From NCBI GenBank assembly GCA_964513845.1, contig CAZENT010000001.1, forward strand, positions 149,278 through 213,277: a stretch of DNA of 64,000 bases, read 5' to 3'. Shown here piece after piece: positions 18,518 to 28,346 of the stretch. Position 1 is the first letter of the stretch; the number at the start of each line of letters is the position of its first letter. Origin of the DNA: an uncultured Pseudomonadales bacterium. Lineage in GTDB: Bacteria; Patescibacteriota; Microgenomatia; UBA1400; MFAQ01. The notes under the pieces were generated by a model. It saw nothing but the letters and a program-made list of their open reading frames with translations. It was not told the origin of the DNA and searched no databases. A program made the translations under genes and the position numbers.

Positions 18518-18889
18518 ATGGAACGAAACAAACACGAAAGAAATAAGAAGTACGGATGGCTGATATTTTTTGCACTACTCAACTGGATAGCTATTGCATT
18601 GACTGTTTGGAAAATTGATCCTGATAATATGGCGAATTTCTTGTTTCACGGAAGTTACTTGCCGATGGGAATTTTACTTACAGGCGGAATCTTTTGGCTT
18701 CTTTCAATCTTGATGCTCTCCTCTGTGCGCGCCCTTAGGTGGACTTTGGGCATTATGATGTATATATATTTAAGAATTTGGGGATTAGGATCGATTTTGA
18801 ATGGCGTTTTGATTTTGGGATTACTGTCTGTTTGGGAAGTGTATAGTTACAAGAAAAAACCAAGGGAGACTGTGTTACACTTTGATTAA
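18518..18889 (+). CDS. Hypothetical membrane protein (4 TM)
   Basis: Hydrophobicity only. Confidence 0.35.
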   Translation: MERNKHERNKKYGWLIFFALLNWIAIALTVWKIDPDNMANFLFHGSYLPMGILLTGGIFWLLSILMLSSVRALRWTLGIMMYIYLRIWGLGSILNGVLILGLLSVWEVYSYKKKPRETVLHFD

Positions 18890-19021
18890 TTAAAGTTATA
18901 AGAGCTTGCTCGATTTTCCATCGTAATTTCATTACTATGATGAAAAACCTTGCGCTTCCTCTTATATTTGACACCCATAATAGCCTATGGCATTATGGTC
19001 GTATATTATTTAGGACAGAAT

Positions 19022-19384
19022 ATGCAACTTTCAAACAATCCACTCAACAAGACAATCGAGAAACAGCTTTCGGAAATGATGTATGGAATTTTGGCTGAAC
19101 TTAAAACTCCTGAAGAAGTAAAAATGGTAATGGGTGATATTCTTACCGAAGGAGAACGAGTGGCAATATTGAAACGCTTGGGAATTGCGGTGTATCTGGA
19201 CAAAGGAAGAAACTACGAAGATATAAAAAATAATATTAAGGTAAGTTCGGCGACCATCGCTTCGGTGGCAGAAAACTTGGGCAACTCCGGTTGGCAAGAA
19301 ATGATAAAAAGAATAAAGGCAGAAGAGTGGGCAAGTGAGTGGACCAACAAAATTTCTGGAGGTATAAAAAAGATTTTTGGATAG
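19022..19384 (+). CDS. TrpR-like protein (YerC/YecD family)
   Basis: LTEGERVAILKRLGIAVYLDKGRNYEDIKNNIKVSSATIASV matches the YerC/YecD Trp-repressor-like HTH. The track start at 18950 adds a hydrophobic extension, so ATG 19022 is preferred. Confidence 0.6.
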   Translation: MQLSNNPLNKTIEKQLSEMMYGILAELKTPEEVKMVMGDILTEGERVAILKRLGIAVYLDKGRNYEDIKNNIKVSSATIASVAENLGNSGWQEMIKRIKAEEWASEWTNKISGGIKKIFG

Positions 19385-19398
19385 GGTAAAATCAACCC

Positions 19399-20811
19399 AT
19401 GGGAAAGTATTACATCACAACAACATTGCCGTACATTAATGCGGAACCCCACATCGGGTTCGCCATGGAAATAGTTCGCGCTGACGTAATGGCTCGCTTG
19501 CATAGGGCTATGGGAGATGATGTTTTCTTTAATACCGGCACTGATGAACATGGTCAGAAAATTTATCAGAAGGCAATAGAGCTCGGAATTGATCCACAAA
19601 AATATTGTGATGAATTTGCTGCAAAATTTTCAATATTGAAAGATGCCTTTAATTTGTCCTACAACAGTTTTATTCGCACTACAGATGAGCATCACATTAA
19701 AGCGGCGCAGGCGTTTTGGAAACTGTGTGACGAACATGGCGATATATATAAAAAGAACTACAAAATAAAATATTGTGTTGGATGCGAATTGGAAAAAACT
19801 GATTCTGACTTGACTGATGGCAAGTGTCCGATTCACCCGAATTTGGAACTGGAAATCCGCGAGGAAGAAAATTATTTTTTCAAGTTTTCAAACTACGCCG
19901 ATAAATTGCTTGAACTATATAAAAATCAACCCGATTTTGTGCAACCCGATTTCCGCCAAAATGAAATGAAAGTTTTTGTGGATAATGGTTTACAAGACTT
20001 TAGTATTTCGCGTTTGAAAACAAAAATGCCTTGGGGAGTTGAAGTTCCTGGTGACCCTGATCAGGTAATGTTCGTCTGGTTCGATGCTCTTGTAAACTAC
20101 ATTTCTTGTCTGGGTTGGCCCGAAAATAAAGCCAGGTTTGAAGAGTATTGGCCTGGAGTGCAAATTTGCGGAAAAGATAATCTTCGTCAGCAAACAGCGA
20201 TGTGGCAAGCAATGTTGATGTCAGCCGGACTACCTACCTCAAAACAAGTCTTGGTTGAGGGTTTTATCACTTCCGGGGGAGCAAAAATGAGTAAAAGTTT
20301 GGGGAACGTAATCGATCCTCTCGAGTATGTAGAAAAATACGGAACTGATGCGGTGCGCTATTTCTTAACAGCGGAGCTGTCTGTCTTTGAAGACTCAGAT
20401 ATGACACGTGAGAGATTTGAAGAAGCATTTCAAGCGAGTTTGGCGAATGGAATTGGCAACTTGTGTGCCCGTGTGGCGGCCATGTCGGAAAAAGAAAATC
20501 TTAAAGTAGCTTCCGAAAAATTAAGCATCAGAAAAGAAGTGGTGGAGAAACTTTCAGAATATAAATTTGATGAAGCGATGGCCTTGATTTGGGAAGAAAT
20601 CAGAAAAGCTGATGCTTTAATTAATCAAAGGCAGGTATGGAAGCTTGAGGGAGACGAAAAAAATACTTCCTTGACTGAATTGGTAAAAATGATTCGACAA
20701 GTTGGAACCGATTTGGTTCCTTTTATGCCCACGGCGGCGGAAAAGATTTTGACTCAGTATGGTGTGGAGGAAATTAAAAAAACAGAAAACCTGTTCCAAA
20801 GACTTCCATAA
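19399..20811 (+). CDS. metG: Methionyl-tRNA synthetase (short form) with a noncanonical HIGF in place of HIGH
   Basis: PYINAEPHIGFAMEIVRADV ... TGTDEHGQKI, zinc knuckle YCVGCELE ... GKCPIHP, a KMSKS motif, and a C-terminal anticodon-binding helical domain. Confidence 0.85.
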   Translation: MGKYYITTTLPYINAEPHIGFAMEIVRADVMARLHRAMGDDVFFNTGTDEHGQKIYQKAIELGIDPQKYCDEFAAKFSILKDAFNLSYNSFIRTTDEHHIKAAQAFWKLCDEHGDIYKKNYKIKYCVGCELEKTDSDLTDGKCPIHPNLELEIREEENYFFKFSNYADKLLELYKNQPDFVQPDFRQNEMKVFVDNGLQDFSISRLKTKMPWGVEVPGDPDQVMFVWFDALVNYISCLGWPENKARFEEYWPGVQICGKDNLRQQTAMWQAMLMSAGLPTSKQVLVEGFITSGGAKMSKSLGNVIDPLEYVEKYGTDAVRYFLTAELSVFEDSDMTRERFEEAFQASLANGIGNLCARVAAMSEKENLKVASEKLSIRKEVVEKLSEYKFDEAMALIWEEIRKADALINQRQVWKLEGDEKNTSLTELVKMIRQVGTDLVPFMPTAAEKILTQYGVEEIKKTENLFQRLP

Positions 20812-21591
20812 ATGTTAATTGATACGCACTGTCATCTGACAGACCCGAAAATTACAGACATTAAAGATGTGATTGTGAAGTCTCGTGAAGCTGGTGTGAA
20901 GCAAATGTTTTTACAACCGACTGATATTGAGGAATCAAAAAGAGTAATTGTCGTGGCTGAACAAGAGAGTTTATACGCCATGGTAGGAGTGCAACCCGAG
21001 TTTTTGGATACTGTGATAGATATTGATCAAATGATTTACGAGATGGAAGAAATGATAGGAAAATCAAAAAGGGTGATTGGGATAGGAGAGATTGGTTTGG
21101 ATTTTTATTGGGATAGAGAGAAAACAACAAAAGAGAAACAAATGAAGGTGTTTAGGGCACAGATGGAGCTGGCGGTTCATTTGAAGCTACCGGTTGTTAT
21201 TCATATGAGAAATGCAGAAGAAGAAATGAAGGAGGTGATCAACTCGATGAAGAAAGTGCCTATGGGTGAGTTTCATTGCTTTGGAGGTAGTGAGGAATTT
21301 TTAAAATACGCTCTTGAAAAGGGATTTTACATTGGCTTCGCAGGGAACATTACTTTTAAATCCGCTCACGAACTTAGAGCTCTACTGAAAAAAGTGCCTC
21401 TAAACAGACTTCTATTGGAGACAGATAGCCCGTATTTATCCCCTGAACCTGTTCGAGGAACAGTAAATATTCCTGCGAATGTTAAAATAATAGCTACAGC
21501 GATTGCAAAAGAGCTGAGTTTAGATACCCAAAAATTAATTGAACAAACCGGAAAAAACGCCATATGTTTGTACTCCTTAGACATCTCTTAA
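20812..21591 (+). CDS. tatD: TatD-family metal-dependent DNase/hydrolase
   Basis: MLIDTHCHL N-terminus, GEIGLDFYW, and HMRNAEEE regions. Confidence 0.85.
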   Translation: MLIDTHCHLTDPKITDIKDVIVKSREAGVKQMFLQPTDIEESKRVIVVAEQESLYAMVGVQPEFLDTVIDIDQMIYEMEEMIGKSKRVIGIGEIGLDFYWDREKTTKEKQMKVFRAQMELAVHLKLPVVIHMRNAEEEMKEVINSMKKVPMGEFHCFGGSEEFLKYALEKGFYIGFAGNITFKSAHELRALLKKVPLNRLLLETDSPYLSPEPVRGTVNIPANVKIIATAIAKELSLDTQKLIEQTGKNAICLYSLDIS

Positions 21592-23069
21592 AAAAATATC
21601 CTCATGGTAGTCAAAGAGCCTTAGAAATATTACCCGGATTTGTAAGCTGGATGTTTATCCTTTTTCCTGTATGGGGATCGATTTTTTGGCCTGTGGGAGT
21701 GGCCTATTTCATCATTTCTTTTAATGTTTATTGGCTTTATCGATCTCTTACCCTGTCGGTTGCTTCAGTAATGTCTTATTTCCGAATAAAAGCGGCGGAA
21801 AAATATGACTGGATGGGTGACGTTGAGGGTTTTGCTGATTGGAAAGATGTAAAACACGTAATCGTAATGCCTACATACAAAGAACCAGGCGATATCTTAA
21901 TGAGAACCTTCAAGGCTCTTGAGAATCAAACAATTGGACCAAAACAAATTATCCCAGTCCTTGCAATGGAAGCAAGAGCAGGAGAGGAAATAAATAATAG
22001 TAGAGTAAAACAACTGGAGGAAGAGTTTAAAGAAAAGTTTGCAGATATCATCTACACATATCACCCGGCCAATCTCACTGGTGAGGTAGTAGGAAAATCG
22101 AGTAATGCCGCTTGGGCGGGATTGCAGATTCGGGAGGCCTTAAAAAAACACAAGGATTGGGATATCGAAAAGATGACTATTTCTTCGGTTGACTGTGACG
22201 TAGCACTCCATCCAAATCATTTGGCTGCTCTAACATATAATTTTTTGGACGACCCAAATCGATATCACAAAATCTGGCAGGGGGCGATTGTTTTTTACAA
22301 CAACATCGAGCGTATTCCATGGCCAATGAGAGTGTTTAACAGAATTGCATCCGTGAACAACATGGCCCAACTTTCCCGACCGGATCGATTAATAAACTTT
22401 TCGACATACTCGATGAGCTTACGATTAATGGATGAAATTGATTACTGGGACACTGATGTGATTCCTGAGGATTACCGCATATTTTTTAAAACATATTTTG
22501 CGACTGGTGGAAAGGTTGAAGTGGAGCCTTTATACGTTTCAGTGTATGCGGATGCAGCAGAAGCTGATGGTTTCTGGAGAACATATACAAATACGTACGA
22601 ACAGGTTAAACGATGGGCTTGGGGGGCTTCGGATGATTCGTATATCATCAAACGTTATATTATGGACACAAAGGCGCCTTTTTGGGACAAAACAATTCGT
22701 GTTTTTAAAGTAATTGAGGATCATTTTATGTGGCCGGTAAACTGGTTTATTATCACGGTGGCCGCAAATCTTCCCCCTCTTTTGAACCCCACATTTTCCA
22801 GAACGGTGATTGGAAAAACATTACCTCAAGTCTCCTCGGCCATCTTAACCCTGTCTTTGATCAGCTTGGTGGCGATGATTTTGATCGACCTTAAAGCTAG
22901 GCCAAAAGTAAAAGGTCTGCCATGGTGGAGAAAATTTGTTTCACCTTTTGAGTTTGTGCTATTACCAGTCGTGGGTTTCTTTTTCTCTGCCCTGCCTGGA
23001 CTAGATGCTCATACCCGGCTAATGATGGGAAGATATATGGAGTACCGCGTTACTGAAAAAAAGGCCTAG
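21564..23069 (+). CDS. Membrane-embedded processive-type GT2 glycosyltransferase
   Basis: N-terminal TMs; VIVMPTYKEPGDIL (GT-A DxD region), VDCDV, Q-x-x-R-W as EQVKRWAWG, and C-terminal TMs. Confidence 0.6.
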   Translation: MFVLLRHLLKKYPHGSQRALEILPGFVSWMFILFPVWGSIFWPVGVAYFIISFNVYWLYRSLTLSVASVMSYFRIKAAEKYDWMGDVEGFADWKDVKHVIVMPTYKEPGDILMRTFKALENQTIGPKQIIPVLAMEARAGEEINNSRVKQLEEEFKEKFADIIYTYHPANLTGEVVGKSSNAAWAGLQIREALKKHKDWDIEKMTISSVDCDVALHPNHLAALTYNFLDDPNRYHKIWQGAIVFYNNIERIPWPMRVFNRIASVNNMAQLSRPDRLINFSTYSMSLRLMDEIDYWDTDVIPEDYRIFFKTYFATGGKVEVEPLYVSVYADAAEADGFWRTYTNTYEQVKRWAWGASDDSYIIKRYIMDTKAPFWDKTIRVFKVIEDHFMWPVNWFIITVAANLPPLLNPTFSRTVIGKTLPQVSSAILTLSLISLVAMILIDLKARPKVKGLPWWRKFVSPFEFVLLPVVGFFFSALPGLDAHTRLMMGRYMEYRVTEKKA

Positions 23070-23097
23070 ATATACTTGCCTGATATATACTCAAGTT

Positions 23098-23445
23098 GTG
23101 GCAGAAAGTAAAAAAATACCAACATCCGTAGTACTTTTTTGGACAGGAATATTTCTGGTTGTAATTATGGGAGGAGTATTAGCCCTGTTTTGGAATAAGC
23201 TGCCACCCCAACTACCCTGGTTGTATTCGTTTCCGTTTGGCGAAAAACAGCTGATAGACAAGATCTGGTTTGCGGCAATTTTTGCCGGAACAGGAATTGC
23301 TCTTGTGACAACTAGGGTAATAGCTAACTGGGCAGGCAAGGATGACGTGACGGTGCAAAACACAGTAATGATTGGGGTGATGACGGCCGTTGTCTTGATG
23401 GCGGCAAGCTTTTTCCGAATTATGACAATATTCCTCAACGTATGA
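23098..23445 (+). CDS. Small 3-4 TM membrane protein (possibly GtrA-like flippase accessory) in the glycopolymer cluster
   Basis: Hydrophobicity and position between the GT2 and WecA-like genes; it overlaps the next gene by 4 nt. Confidence 0.35.
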   Translation: MAESKKIPTSVVLFWTGIFLVVIMGGVLALFWNKLPPQLPWLYSFPFGEKQLIDKIWFAAIFAGTGIALVTTRVIANWAGKDDVTVQNTVMIGVMTAVVLMAASFFRIMTIFLNV

Positions 23446-24515
23446 ACCCAGCTGTAATGATCACAGCGGTTCCTTTTTTAATCGCCCTTGTGATTAGCTT
23501 GATGGTGACTCCTTTAACGATTTTGTTTTTCAAAAAAAGGGGCTGGATGATCGATCCAAAGAAAAATCCACATCCGGCGCATATTCACAAAGAACCGGTG
23601 CCAAAGGGAGGTGGAATTCCCATCTATTTCGCAGTACTAGTGACGGTAATGCTGCTTTTGAAACCTGACAATCACCTAACCGCGATTGGGGTGGCCGGAC
23701 TTTTGACCTTGATTGTGGGTCTGATTGATGACGTTAAAGGTATGAGCCCATTTCCGCGATTGGGAATGAATTTTTTGGTGACGGCGATAATTGTGGGATC
23801 AGGAATTGGTATTGCCTATATCAGCAATCCTTTTGGTGGGGTAATTGATTTGTCGAAACTCAAACTGGGATTTGACTTTTTTGGAGCACATCATGAAATT
23901 TGGATACTGGCGGATTTATTTGCTTTGCTCTGGATTCCGTCTCTGATGAACGCGATAAACTGGTCTTCGGGAGTTGATGGGCAAATTAGCGGAGTAATTA
24001 CGATTGCCGCCGCGGTATTGGGCTTGATTTCTTTGAACTTTAGCGCGGATATTACTCAATGGCCTGTGGCAACTCTGGCTTTTGCAACGGCGGGCGCTTT
24101 TGCGGGATTAACGGTGTTTCACTTTTACCCACAGAAAATTATGCCCGGATACTCGGCAACAAGTTTGGCTGGATTGCTTTTGGGTGTAATTTCTATTTTA
24201 GCCACGGCGAAGGTGGGCGCTTTGATTATCGTTTTAGGAATTCCCCTGATAGACTTTGTGTATCTTGTGATAAAGCGAATAATGTCCGGAAAATCACCCG
24301 TATGGGGAGATAAGAGCCATTTACATCATAAATTGTTGGATCTGGGCTGGGGAAAGAGGAGAGTGGCCTTGTTTTATTGGTTTGCCGCATTGGTGTTGGG
24401 AGTTGCGGCTTTGAGCTTCGAAGCTAGAACGAAGCTCTTAATCATGATAGGATTGGTAATATTAATGACAGTATTTATCTTATGGCAGTACTCATCGCAC
24501 TATTCAAAACAGTAA
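23442..24515 (+). CDS. Polyprenyl-phosphate N-acetylhexosamine-1-phosphate transferase (MraY/WecA GT4 family)
   Basis: LIDDVKGMSP (DDxxD) and NAINWSSGVDGQ (NAINxxDGxDGL-like) with ~10 TM helices. Confidence 0.75.
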   Translation: MNPAVMITAVPFLIALVISLMVTPLTILFFKKRGWMIDPKKNPHPAHIHKEPVPKGGGIPIYFAVLVTVMLLLKPDNHLTAIGVAGLLTLIVGLIDDVKGMSPFPRLGMNFLVTAIIVGSGIGIAYISNPFGGVIDLSKLKLGFDFFGAHHEIWILADLFALLWIPSLMNAINWSSGVDGQISGVITIAAAVLGLISLNFSADITQWPVATLAFATAGAFAGLTVFHFYPQKIMPGYSATSLAGLLLGVISILATAKVGALIIVLGIPLIDFVYLVIKRIMSGKSPVWGDKSHLHHKLLDLGWGKRRVALFYWFAALVLGVAALSFEARTKLLIMIGLVILMTVFILWQYSSHYSKQ

Positions 24516-25414
24516 GACCTAGACAGTGGTTGAAAAACTTTGCTTTGTATGGAGCTTTAATTTTTACTGGTCTTTTGTATCAAAAAGGTGCATTTGGATT
24601 GGTGACACAGGCCTTTTTTGTATTTACAATTCTTTCTAGTGCCACGTACATTTTTAACGATCTGCTGGATATAAAAACAGACAGATTACACCCTTTCAAA
24701 AAAAATAGACCAATTGCCTCGGGAGCCCTTCCGATTCCGGTGGCATTATTTGCCCTTGTTGTAGGAGTGTTTGTTGGCTTGTCTTGGGCGTATACCTTAA
24801 ATTTATACTTCTTCATAAGCTGTTTGGTTTACCTCTTTATTCAAGTGCTTTATACAGGCTATTTAAAGAAGGTGGCCATTGTAGACGTAATTGTGATTGC
24901 TTTGGGGTATTTGATTCGTGTATACGCCGGGGCTTTTGTTATTTCTGCCCACATGGATGTGTGGTTCTTGCTAACGATCATTTCGGCTTCATTATTCCTA
25001 GCTGTGGGAAAACGAAGAGGGGAAATGACAATGATGATGGCTCAGGGTAATGGAGCTTCAACGAGAGAAGCGCTAAAAAGCTACACTGAAAAACTGCTGG
25101 ATATATATACAGCCATGTTTGCAACAGCAACCTGGATTACGTATTCTTTGTTCACCTTCAATCATCCAAAAATCGTGCCAGATGGTAGAGCCCTGTCTTT
25201 AATCTCGATCTTGCCAAAAACTTTGATATCGGAAAAGTGGATGATGCTGACCATCCCGTTGGTTGTATACGGAATTATGCGATACCTCCAGCTGATTTAT
25301 GAAAAGAATGAAGGAGAAAGTCCTGAGCGTGTTTTGCTTTCAGACAAACCGCTAATACTTACGGGAGGATTGTTAGTGGTGACAACTATCGGAGTCTTGT
25401 ACTATATTGGCTAA
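24482..25414 (+). CDS. UbiA-family prenyltransferase, decaprenyl-phosphate phosphoribosyltransferase (DPPR synthase)-like
   Basis: NDLLDIKTDRLHPFKKNRPIASG (NDxxDxxxD plus the RLHP...NRPIA block typical of Rv3806c-type enzymes) with ~9 TMs. Confidence 0.65.
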   Translation: MAVLIALFKTVRPRQWLKNFALYGALIFTGLLYQKGAFGLVTQAFFVFTILSSATYIFNDLLDIKTDRLHPFKKNRPIASGALPIPVALFALVVGVFVGLSWAYTLNLYFFISCLVYLFIQVLYTGYLKKVAIVDVIVIALGYLIRVYAGAFVISAHMDVWFLLTIISASLFLAVGKRRGEMTMMMAQGNGASTREALKSYTEKLLDIYTAMFATATWITYSLFTFNHPKIVPDGRALSLISILPKTLISEKWMMLTIPLVVYGIMRYLQLIYEKNEGESPERVLLSDKPLILTGGLLVVTTIGVLYYIG

Positions 25415-25416
25415 CT

Positions 25417-26310
25417 TTATTTAATCAGCTTGGCGTAGGTGGAAGAAACGAAGCCCCATTTGCCACTTAGATACTCGATATAGTACCAGCTGGCGGTAGA
25501 GTCTTCAGCTTTGTAGTTGAACTTGTCCCCAGGATTAACCTGAGCCAGCTCGACACCTGTAGTTGAGGCTGCGTCCCTGACTCTTAAAAATCCTGTAGGG
25601 GTGGTAAGAATCTCAATGTAGGGCTTTACCAGGTCAGCAGAGGCGGTTGCTTGTTTGGGAAGCGGAGTAATGACTGTTTTGGTGGGTGTAGGCGTAATTA
25701 GGCCGGCTGAAGGGGTGGCAGAAGCAATTGTTGGGGTGGGGGTGGGAGTAATATCAAGAGCGGCCATGGTGAAGTTCAAAATTAGTCGATATCCAGGCTG
25801 AACTGAGGCGTTGACGATTTTATCTTGGAAACCCGGGTTAGTGAAGGTAAAGACATGAGGGCCGGATTCGATATCGATGCTCTTGGGTGAGAAACCTTCA
25901 GGCTTGCCATCAACACTAATCGTGGCGCTGGCCGGAAGACTGACTATACTCACAGCGGCAGCCTTGTTATTACTTAGTTTTTCAAAAGACAGAGTGTAAC
26001 TGTGAGATTTGTCTGGGGTTTCGCCGAATTCGCGATGAACCGTGGTGAGAGTGCCTCCCAAGAGGTCAACCTTGCCCTCCCACGTCTGGCCGCTATCAAC
26101 TGCGGTCATTTGTACGGTGTAGGTGCCTGGTTTTTTGTTGTCTGCATAGTAAGGAGTTTTGCCAACAGACTCACCGTTGACGATAACATTGGCATCGGGA
26201 TGAGCAGTGACTTGAATGCCGGCTTTTTTGGCGAAGGGATTGAGATTACATCCGGCGAGAAAAATTGAAAAGATAAGAGTGGCTAGGAGCCTAGTATAGT
26301 TAGTCTTCAT
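25417..26310 (-). CDS. PEGA-domain lipoprotein with a C-terminal SH3b-like domain
   Basis: Signal peptide and lipobox LAGC, PEGA-like VIVNGESVGKTPY, a TPTPTP linker, and C-terminal WYYIEYLSGKWGFV (SH3b-like). Confidence 0.5.
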   Translation of the reverse strand: MKTNYTRLLATLIFSIFLAGCNLNPFAKKAGIQVTAHPDANVIVNGESVGKTPYYADNKKPGTYTVQMTAVDSGQTWEGKVDLLGGTLTTVHREFGETPDKSHSYTLSFEKLSNNKAAAVSIVSLPASATISVDGKPEGFSPKSIDIESGPHVFTFTNPGFQDKIVNASVQPGYRLILNFTMAALDITPTPTPTIASATPSAGLITPTPTKTVITPLPKQATASADLVKPYIEILTTPTGFLRVRDAASTTGVELAQVNPGDKFNYKAEDSTASWYYIEYLSGKWGFVSSTYAKLIK

Positions 26311-26391
26311 TTGTGTCTATGATAGCAGATTGTGTCAAGTTGGCGAACAACTACAAATTTTTTATCACTAGGGTAAAAATATGTTTAAGTG

Positions 26392-26465
26392 AGGCCGAGG
26401 CGGGATTCGAACCCGCGAATGAGAGTTTTGCAGACTCTTGACTTGGACCACTTGTCTACCCGGCC
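26392..26465 (-). tRNA. tRNA-Cys (anticodon GCA), 74 nt, CCA not encoded
   Basis: Manual fold: acceptor GGCCGGG/CTCGGCC with one G-U pair, discriminator U73, anticodon stem AGAGU/ACUCU, loop CUGCAAA (U33-GCA-A37), T-arm GCGGG-UUCGAAU-CCCGC, and a D-loop with GG. Confidence 0.8.
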
Positions 26466-26620
26466 ACCTCAGGCACTATTTTATCATTTTTGAATTACAT
26501 TATTGCATTATATTGACTTTTGGGTTTTGTTTGGTAATAATAAATTGTGGAGCGAGACAAAAGAGGTGGATATAACAGAAAAAAATAAACGAGGACTTCT
26601 TCAAAAAATGGTCGCCAAAA

Positions 26621-27265
26621 ATGGCATATGTATTGGGATTTATTTATGCCGATGGAGCGGTTGAAGACTGTAGATCGTCTTCGAGAACGTGTTATTTGTT
26701 GTTATCAAATAACGACATTAAAATTCTTAAAGAAATGCTGTCTGTTATGTCTACCGAACAGACTATCCATAGAGTAGACCCTCGAACGATAAAAATACGA
26801 GATAAGGAATATTGGTGTAAGACATCGTACTATGTCAGGATTGGAAACAAAATAATCTACGATGATCTGATTAAATTAGGTCTGTGTCCTCGAAAATCCT
26901 TAGTCATCGAATTACCAGAAATACCTGATAAATATTTTGAATATTTCCTTCGAGGATATTTTGACGGAGATGGGTGTATCAACATTGAGAAAAATAAGAA
27001 GAATAGGGTGAATATTATTTTTACTAGTGGAAGCAAACTGTTTCTTGAACAATTGGCAGAAAAAATTGTTGGCGTGTACCCAAGAATTAAAAGCTCAGTC
27101 TCTTATGGATTTGGGGCATATAAATTGAGATATAACTGGAGAAATGCACTTATGATTGCAGGATATATTTATCGAGATGTGCACAATGCACCATATTTAG
27201 AATACAAATACACTAAATATTTGCATTATTTAAATTCTAGAGTTAATAGAGATTTCCTGCCTTGA
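26621..27265 (+). mobile_element. Free-standing LAGLIDADG homing endonuclease (double-motif, monomeric type)
   Basis: Two LAGLIDADG motifs, LGFIYADGAV and LRGYFDGDGCI, about 100 aa apart. Located between tRNA-Cys and gap, not inside an intron or intein. Confidence 0.75.
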
Positions 27266-28328
27266 TTACCTCTTCAATGAGGCGATTGGAGTAACCCCAT
27301 TCATTGTCATACCAGGCCAGAACCTTTACTAAAGTGCCATCAACGACACGGGTCATGTCGAGATCGACAATGCTCGATTCCGGACGCCCAACAATGTCAG
27401 AAGAAACTAAAGGCTCGTCGGTAACTGCTAGAATTCCGCGATATCTGGGGTCATTGGCAGCATCGATGAATATTTGATTTACCTCATCGACCGAGGTGGC
27501 GTGTCGGGTAACAAAAGTAAAATCGGTGATAGAGCCGGTGATGACCGGAACACGAAGGGAGATACCATCAAACAATCCTTGAAGCTCAGGAATTGCTTGC
27601 GTGGCGGCAATGGCAGCCCCAGTGCTGGTGGGCACGATATTTTGAGCGGCTGCACGAGCACGACGAAGATCTCTGTGTGAGTTGTCTTGAAGATTTTGAT
27701 CGTCGGTGTAGCCATGAACTGTGGTCAGCATGGCTTTAAGAATGCCAAGCTTGGAGTGAAGAATGTCGGCAACCGGAGCAACGCTATTGGTTGTACAAGA
27801 GGCGTTGCTGATGACGGAAAGCGTGCCTGTGCGATCTTTGGTGATTACATCTTGATCGTTGACTCCTAAAACAGCTGTGGGAACACCTTCTCCTTTGGCT
27901 GGGGCAGAGAGGATGACAAAACGGGCACCTCCCTGAAGATGAAGAATGGCTTTGTCTAGACTGGTAAATGCACCGGTAGACTCAATAACAGCTTCGGCAC
28001 CAAACTCAACCCAAGGAATTTTGACAGGATCGCGCTGAGCCAAAACAGGGATTTTATATGTTTTCTTGGGATGTTCAACAATGAGATAGCCAATTAGAGG
28101 TTTGGCGTCAGTAACATCTTTGGGATCTTGTGTTTCTTCTGAGGAAACGGAGTAGGGAAGAGTGCCATAGGCTGTGTCATAGCGAAGGAGGTGAGCCCAG
28201 CCGGCAACATTGAGAGAGCCAGATGTGTTGATGGCAACTAGAGTGGAGTCGTCTAAATGGCTTTGTAGCCAAACACGCATTGCTGAACGACCGATTCGGC
28301 CAAAACCATTAATCGAAAAATTAACCAT
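27243..28328 (-). CDS. gap: Glyceraldehyde-3-phosphate dehydrogenase
   Basis: INGFGRIGR Rossmann motif and the ASCTTN active-site Cys. Confidence 0.9.
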   Translation of the reverse strand: MVNFSINGFGRIGRSAMRVWLQSHLDDSTLVAINTSGSLNVAGWAHLLRYDTAYGTLPYSVSSEETQDPKDVTDAKPLIGYLIVEHPKKTYKIPVLAQRDPVKIPWVEFGAEAVIESTGAFTSLDKAILHLQGGARFVILSAPAKGEGVPTAVLGVNDQDVITKDRTGTLSVISNASCTTNSVAPVADILHSKLGILKAMLTTVHGYTDDQNLQDNSHRDLRRARAAAQNIVPTSTGAAIAATQAIPELQGLFDGISLRVPVITGSITDFTFVTRHATSVDEVNQIFIDAANDPRYRGILAVTDEPLVSSDIVGRPESSIVDLDMTRVVDGTLVKVLAWYDNEWGYSNRLIEEVIKAGNLY

Positions 28329-28346
28329 AGGGCGGGCTATATATAA

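Noticed and set aside
18950-19021. Hydrophobic N-terminal extension of the TrpR-like ORF (MRFLLYLTPIIAYGIMVVYYLGQN)
   Set aside because: YerC/YecD proteins are ~100 aa and cytoplasmic. The internal ATG at 19022 gives the expected size. The extension may be promoter DNA translated by chance.
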